DNA of 63,294 nucleotides, counting the filler, from Platydemus manokwari (Eukaryota), in assembly GCA_037951405.1 (NCBI GenBank). It is 5 parts of 5 records of this genome, joined end to end, with 100 filler letters (N's around TTAATTAATTAA, not from the genome) between each part and the next. Parts side by side here need not be neighbours in the genome. Positions count along the whole stretch, not along the records: positions 53,101 to 63,294 come from JBBMOY011159438.1; 4 more parts are not named here. One strand, written 5' to 3'. The position numbers were made by a program, and so were the translations under genes. Below the pieces are notes generated by a model. That model was not told the origin of the DNA. It did not search any database and saw only the letters and a program-made list of their open reading frames with translations. This document shows, piece by piece, positions 57,681 to 63,294 of the stretch; the stretch's first letter is position 1; the number at the start of each line of letters is the position of its first letter.

Positions 57681-58596
57681 TATCTTAAATAAGGCTTTAG
57701 TAATTAAGTTCATTGATAAGTATAATTATTAGTAGGTTTGGTTTTCATACTATATTAGAAACCAGTCGAGAAAATATCAAAGTAACATTAATTAGAATTA
57801 AAAATAAATTGAAAAACACTTAATTAAATTCAGACTGTAAAATTAAATTATATGATTTGAATCGTTAATCATTTTTAGCATCACTTTTCACGAATAAAAT
57901 TTTATATGTTGCATGATTGATTGAAACCAAAGTGGATGAGCATCCAAACACGAACTTATTCAATAAAATATAACACTGTTAATATAAATCTGTTAATTTT
58001 ATCATTGTTGTTGTTTAGTAATCTACTTTTCCATTATTAAAAACACCTGGTTTAATTATTTTTTTAAAAACATATTATTTTCACAAATTTTTGATAGCAT
58101 CGAATCATCAATCTCAGTAGAATTTGCATTCAACCAGACAATAATATAAATTACATAACAACATAAGTTCATTGCTTGAAATAATTAGCTGATTTCGTTC
58201 TTAATTATTACTTCAAAACGTAATACTATCGCTAAGATCAAATAGGAACACTCTCGGCATGGTTATAAACTGAAAAACAGGAGAATTAGTATGCAGAGAA
58301 CATTGATAACCACAGTCATTGACTACAATTGTTTAACGACAATAGATTATATAATTATATAACAACAATCATATTGAGTTTTATATGCGATTTAGTTAAA
58401 ATGATTAACATAATGTGTATATTTGATAGACTAATGGTTGATGTAACCATTAATGTTATGCCGGAGTTTTGTATTTATTGTGTGAATCAAATAGTAATTC
58501 TGATTATAATTATTATTAACTTTGATAAATTTTAGCGACTTGTTAAAGCTATTTATTATTGGAAAAACATAAAAAAGCTTGAGCGAAAATTATAAA

Positions 58597-59874
58597 ATGC
58601 CTGATAGTGTTTTTCGGAAAGCAAGCACTGCGGATTCTGTTGGATCACAGCTGAGCGGTGCTGGTCGAATGTCTTTAGGAAGTCTGTTGAATTTTCGAAG
58701 ATTAACAAGGAAATTCACAATGAGTTATTTTACACGGAAAAAGATGTCGAGCACTCGTTCGATCAGTAAGTTGTTTGTTAATAATGATTCGTATTGTAAA
58801 TGGATTGCACAAACAAACTTACCAAAACAAATTTAAAATATTTTATCGAAACTTTTAGATTTCCAAGATATGATAAAATACGAACCGACTTATCGGATGG
58901 AGCCAACGAAAAGGATACCTATGAAAGAAATTCGAACCGGTGTGGAATCATTAATAAATAATCGAATAAGCACTGTTCATTACGATTCAAGGAAAGCAGC
59001 GCTGATTTCTCAGGTTAGTTAAAGTTTATGAAATACAACTTTAATTAAATTACAGTAATTTTATTTACCGTATGCCGTCCGGTACAAGAGGCACATTTTT
59101 AATTTTAAAATTATTTTCTGAAATTCTTTTGACGACCATGGTAGGACTCGTCAGAATAGCGAAAGAAACACAGACGATATTTGGCATAATAAAAGCTGTA
59201 TTAATAAAATTCTAATTCCAATTAAGATTGTGAAATATTGGAGAGTCAAAAGAACATTCTTTTGGGAAATGTTTTTTCTTTCGCATGATAATATTCATGT
59301 GATGAAATATTATGTTTCATTCCCAAAAATTTTAATATATTTCCAATTATAATTTTATATCGAAATCTTGGCATTCCATAATTTCATTGATGACAGATAA
59401 AATANNNNNNNNNNATCTAGTGAAAAATGCTTCACTAATTACTTTGTTAATGGAAAAATAGTTGAAACAATCTCAATTTATCGCTAACCGGAACTTGTTA
59501 TAAAGACATGAAGTATTTGCTTTGAGTAAAATAAAGCTTAATACAATTATTTATATGGCAGAAGAGAAGTATTCGAATAGATACCAATATAGAGTCTTAC
59601 ATTAAGATAAACTAAATAAATTTATATTATAATTTCTTTTAATATTAATATATTTCAGGTGCTGTCTGATGATATAAAAAATGAAGTCAAATCATTTGGA
59701 ATTGAACGTTATAAAATAGTTGTTCATACCGTTATTGGATCCAAGAGTCTTCAAGAAGTGAGTTGCACCGGGAAATCATTCTGGGATTGTAGATCAGATA
59801 ATTATCTTACGTTTAATCATGAGAATTCTTCAATGTTTGTTTTTGTGGTGGTTTATTTCGTTTACCAAGAATAA
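58597..59874 (+). CDS. Tctex1 domain-containing dynein light chain (TCTEX1D1/DYNLT5-like), 3 exons
   Basis: KYEPTYRMEP, YDSRKAALISQ/VLSDDIKNEVKSFGIERYKIVVHTVIG, FWDCRSDNY and VYFVYQE*. Confidence 0.9.
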
Positions 59875-60564
59875 ATTCGAAAACATATCGAAACGTATTC
59901 ACATTTTATTACAAAAACATATATGTACCACTATATATGATATTGTGTATTTTAAAGAAAAATTCAATAAATTATTTGATTTTATATTCTTTTAAAATTT
60001 ATATACAAATTTCAACAATATGATTTTAAAATAAAATTGAAGAACTTAATCTCAAAAATTAACATGTTATATAAAATTCAAAATAACAAATTCTACACAT
60101 ATATAAATAGTTCAATTTCAAAACAAGTGAAATTCACAAGCCAATTATCATGTTGGTTATATTCTGATTTATCAGAGACATTTTGTTTTTTAAAACTCAG
60201 ATCCTAATAACTAACGATAAATTTTATCAAACCGAATTTCCCGGTTGATTTCAAAATATAATCATCGAACTTGTTGAAATAGATATAGCAACAAACCAAT
60301 GCAATGAATGGTTAATAAAAATGGTAATAATAAATAACCATATAAATCAATTAACGATTGTACAATAAACCAAATGCAAAAAACAACAAAAATGAAGCCA
60401 AATAATCAATTTACTAAATAATAAAGTTATCAATACAATAAACAAGTTTTGAATTAATTTTCTTTAACGATCTACTTTCACATTTTACAATAACAACCTG
60501 TCACAATAATCGAAATAAAAAGATACAAAAATAAAAACATTTATTTCTTTTAACATGGATATTA

Positions 60565-60990
60565 TCACATATTCCTCGACTTGCAAGAACCAACACAAAG
60601 TGAAAAAATATAAACCTCCAACAATATCATCAATGGAATTGTAACGGCTGTATAACTGAATGTATTCGATCCTTCTAATTTTTGACAGAGAAGAAGTTTA
60701 AAAATCAAAAGCGTCATAATAAACAATAATGATTTGATCAATTGCCATAATGCCGATGTTGTTTTGATAACAGATAATCTTCTGAAAAAGAGAATTAAGT
60801 TGAAATAAGCCAATATTGAATCTGATATAAATAGTGGTGCAAAAACATACCACCAACTGATATTAGCGACTAATAAATCAAGCTTTAACGATGCGATAAC
60901 AAGAAACAACATGATAGTGATGACGTGAATTGTAAGTTCGAAACATGTTATGTCAATCCAATAAGTAATTTCCGAAAATGATAGCAACAC
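60565..60990 (-). CDS. TMEM203: Transmembrane protein 203; no ATG at the conserved N-terminus
   Basis: VLLSFSEITYWIDITCFELTIH...SWWYVFAPLFISD..AYF...LLLCQKLE matches TMEM203 MLFSLRELVQWLG..FE...SWWNVFVPFFAAD...LLCQKL. Confidence 0.85.
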   Translation of the reverse strand: MLLSFSEITYWIDITCFELTIHVITIMLFLVIASLKLDLLVANISWWYVFAPLFISDSILAYFNLILFFRRLSVIKTTSALWQLIKSLLFIMTLLIFKLLLCQKLEGSNTFSYTAVTIPLMILLEVYIFSLCVGSCKSRNM

Positions 60991-63294
60991 CTATATTTAG
61001 AAAAATAAATTTTTAATTTTCAATTAAACTAAATTGGTAATTATTAAAGAAAATTTCAAAATGTATTATATAATAATTAATATTAAAAAAAAAGCTATAT
61101 AAAATGTCTAAGTTGTAAATCATTCATTTTTATATTTAAACAATTTGAATATAGAACTACTTATAAACAAAAATATAAGATTATACAGTTTATAAAATTT
61201 CATAAGAAATATTTATTTAATTGAAGGGATTGATTGTGAAAATTTATTTACTTTTTCTATATAAGGGCATATATATTACATTTTAAATTAATAAAATCTT
61301 TGGAAAACTTCATGAACTGAAATATTTTTAGTTTAGTTCTGCAATTTAAATTTTATTGTCATATTTGCTCACATTAAAATAAAATTTTATCTGCATCGAA
61401 TTCTTTAATATTTTCCACAAATATTCTTTATATTAAGCTTATTATTATTTAGTATTTCTCATTTCCACCAAAATCAATTTTTCTAATATTGTTTTGGAGA
61501 ACTCCAGAGATATTTTAGAAATCATATTTAAATCGTTAATTATTACCTTTAAATAATAAAAACAAGGACCTGTGCGGAAAATGTTTTTTGTTTCTTTTTA
61601 TCATTTTTTAATAGATACATTACAAAAAACGATAAAATTAGAAGAACAAATATAGATTGCAAATATAACACTTCTTAAGCAAAACGTTTCATTTACCTTA
61701 TCTTGTAAAGTTGAATATAATAATTCTGCTAATTTTGATATGCTAATTTAATCTCTTGTATGATATCAATAACTCGTTTTGAATGTGTTGTTCTTAATTA
61801 GAAATATATCTTCAACAATCGCTGGTAATTATTACGATTATAAGCTCAATATTCTTATTCTCGAAATCTTACAAATTTTATTGTTATTCTAGTGATACAT
61901 ATTCTTTTTCCTCAAAATAAATATTATAAAAATTTTAAACTTAAACAAATATTTGGAGTATTTTTAGCATTCTATCAAATTCATTCTTATTACTATTATT
62001 AATGTAAACAATCAAAGGAAGAATGTGAAATATTACAAATAAATTAACTTCAAATTATTGATTAATATCATATTATATATATGGATGTCAAATATTTCAA
62101 ATTTTAAAATATAAAATTTAGAATATTTCTAACAACCGCATAAACTTTTATCTCGATGATTTCTCCAGACGAATCTTTCTTGCCAGAAGAATCGTTCCTA
62201 ATATTTGTAATGAAATTTGAACATTAAATATACTTTTTAAAAATCATAATTAGACCTCTATTGTAGTTTGGTGTTTGTTGGAAATTGAAGAAAATTATTA
62301 TTGTAATAATAGAATCATAAATGCACAGTAATAAAGCTGTATTAAAATAAAAGCCTTTATGCTGTTGGCCCACAAATAATTTAAGACGGATAATTAAACA
62401 CACTTAGCTTTTGAATTGGGACTTATTATTGATAAAATATTAACAAGAATTTCCTTAAACAACAATAGAAATACTTTAAATTTTAAAAATCAAAAAAATA
62501 ATAAATAATTATAATAACGATTAAAATTTATATAAATAGCCCTGGAAGACTTCAAAGACATCATAATATGAAAACCACTAGACATGATCATTTTATTTTG
62601 AAAAGTTTTTGATTCAAATTCAATCAAGAGGTTCTTGCCAATAGTCAAATTAAGCCTTAATAAGCCTGATAACTTGAGATATTATGTTACGTTAGGTTTA
62701 AAATCAATATTCAGTTATTTATAGGAAAGTATATTCTCTATATTTGCTGAGCAATGCTCAAATTACTTGAGATAATTTGGCTTTACTCCTCTCAAGAGTT
62801 CATTAATCATATTCTTCTTGAATTGTTGGACATATTAAACCTAGGTTTCAGAGTTCATTGCATAATTTTGTTTAACTATGATAATTTTATATTTATATTC
62901 AAGCAACAAACATTTTATTTTAAAGTATGTTACGTTCGGGCCTTATTGATTTGTTTGTTTTAATAAGCTTAATCCTATTTAATATCACTACTGTCTTAAT
63001 CAGTCTCCAAAAGTTCTTGATTAAGGCCACAGGCGTAATTAACCATATACTGTTGTTCTTTAACCTCGCACATCCTTACTGTATGATGACAATAGGTGTG
63101 GCAGTAGCGATATATTTTATTAATATTAATTATCAGTCTCAAATTACAAAAATCCTATTTTAAAACCCTTAATTATGTTGATTAACACAAATAATCAATT
63201 ATTCTTTTATGAATGAAAACTAAAATTTGTTGTTACAAATATTTATTAATAATGACACCAATACACTAGGGCTAATCAAACAATAAAATAAAAT

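Noticed and set aside
59125-59165. CTGACGAGTCC on the minus strand resembling a hammerhead core
   Set aside because: No matching GGAC-GAAA or stem III; the motif is incomplete.

Overview
Very AT-rich eukaryotic (animal) genomic window with compact genes and short (~40-60 nt) GT-AG introns. The intron size, base composition and gene set fit a planarian/flatworm-type genome, but that is inference. Four 100-bp gaps (44 N + TTAATTAATTAA + 44 N) split it into five contigs, so adjacency across gaps is unproven. Recognisable genes: CPT1 (3' part), a divergent class-A GPCR, DNAAF1 (3' part), COPS6, DUSP12, GFPT/GFAT, LIPT1, a Tctex1-domain dynein light chain and TMEM203. Mobile DNA: mariner remnants, Ty3/Gypsy gag and pol, an RLE-type (R2/NeSL-like) non-LTR retrotransposon, two decayed Polinton/Maverick (adintovirus-like) segments (penton, PLA2, integrase, major capsid), a Penelope-like remnant with a mutated minimal hammerhead ribozyme, and several dispersed or tandem repeats. 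Main observations not visible in the ORF track: (1) the apparently empty 6-28 kb interval, plus 57 kb, is scattered with frameshifted relics of divergent ionotropic glutamate receptor (iGluR/IR-like) genes, one with domains in the correct order; (2) TMEM203 has no ATG at its conserved N-terminus and starts in frame directly after a 3' splice acceptor, as expected if a flatworm spliced-leader AUG supplies the initiator. All homology calls come from manual translation and remembered motifs; no searches were run.
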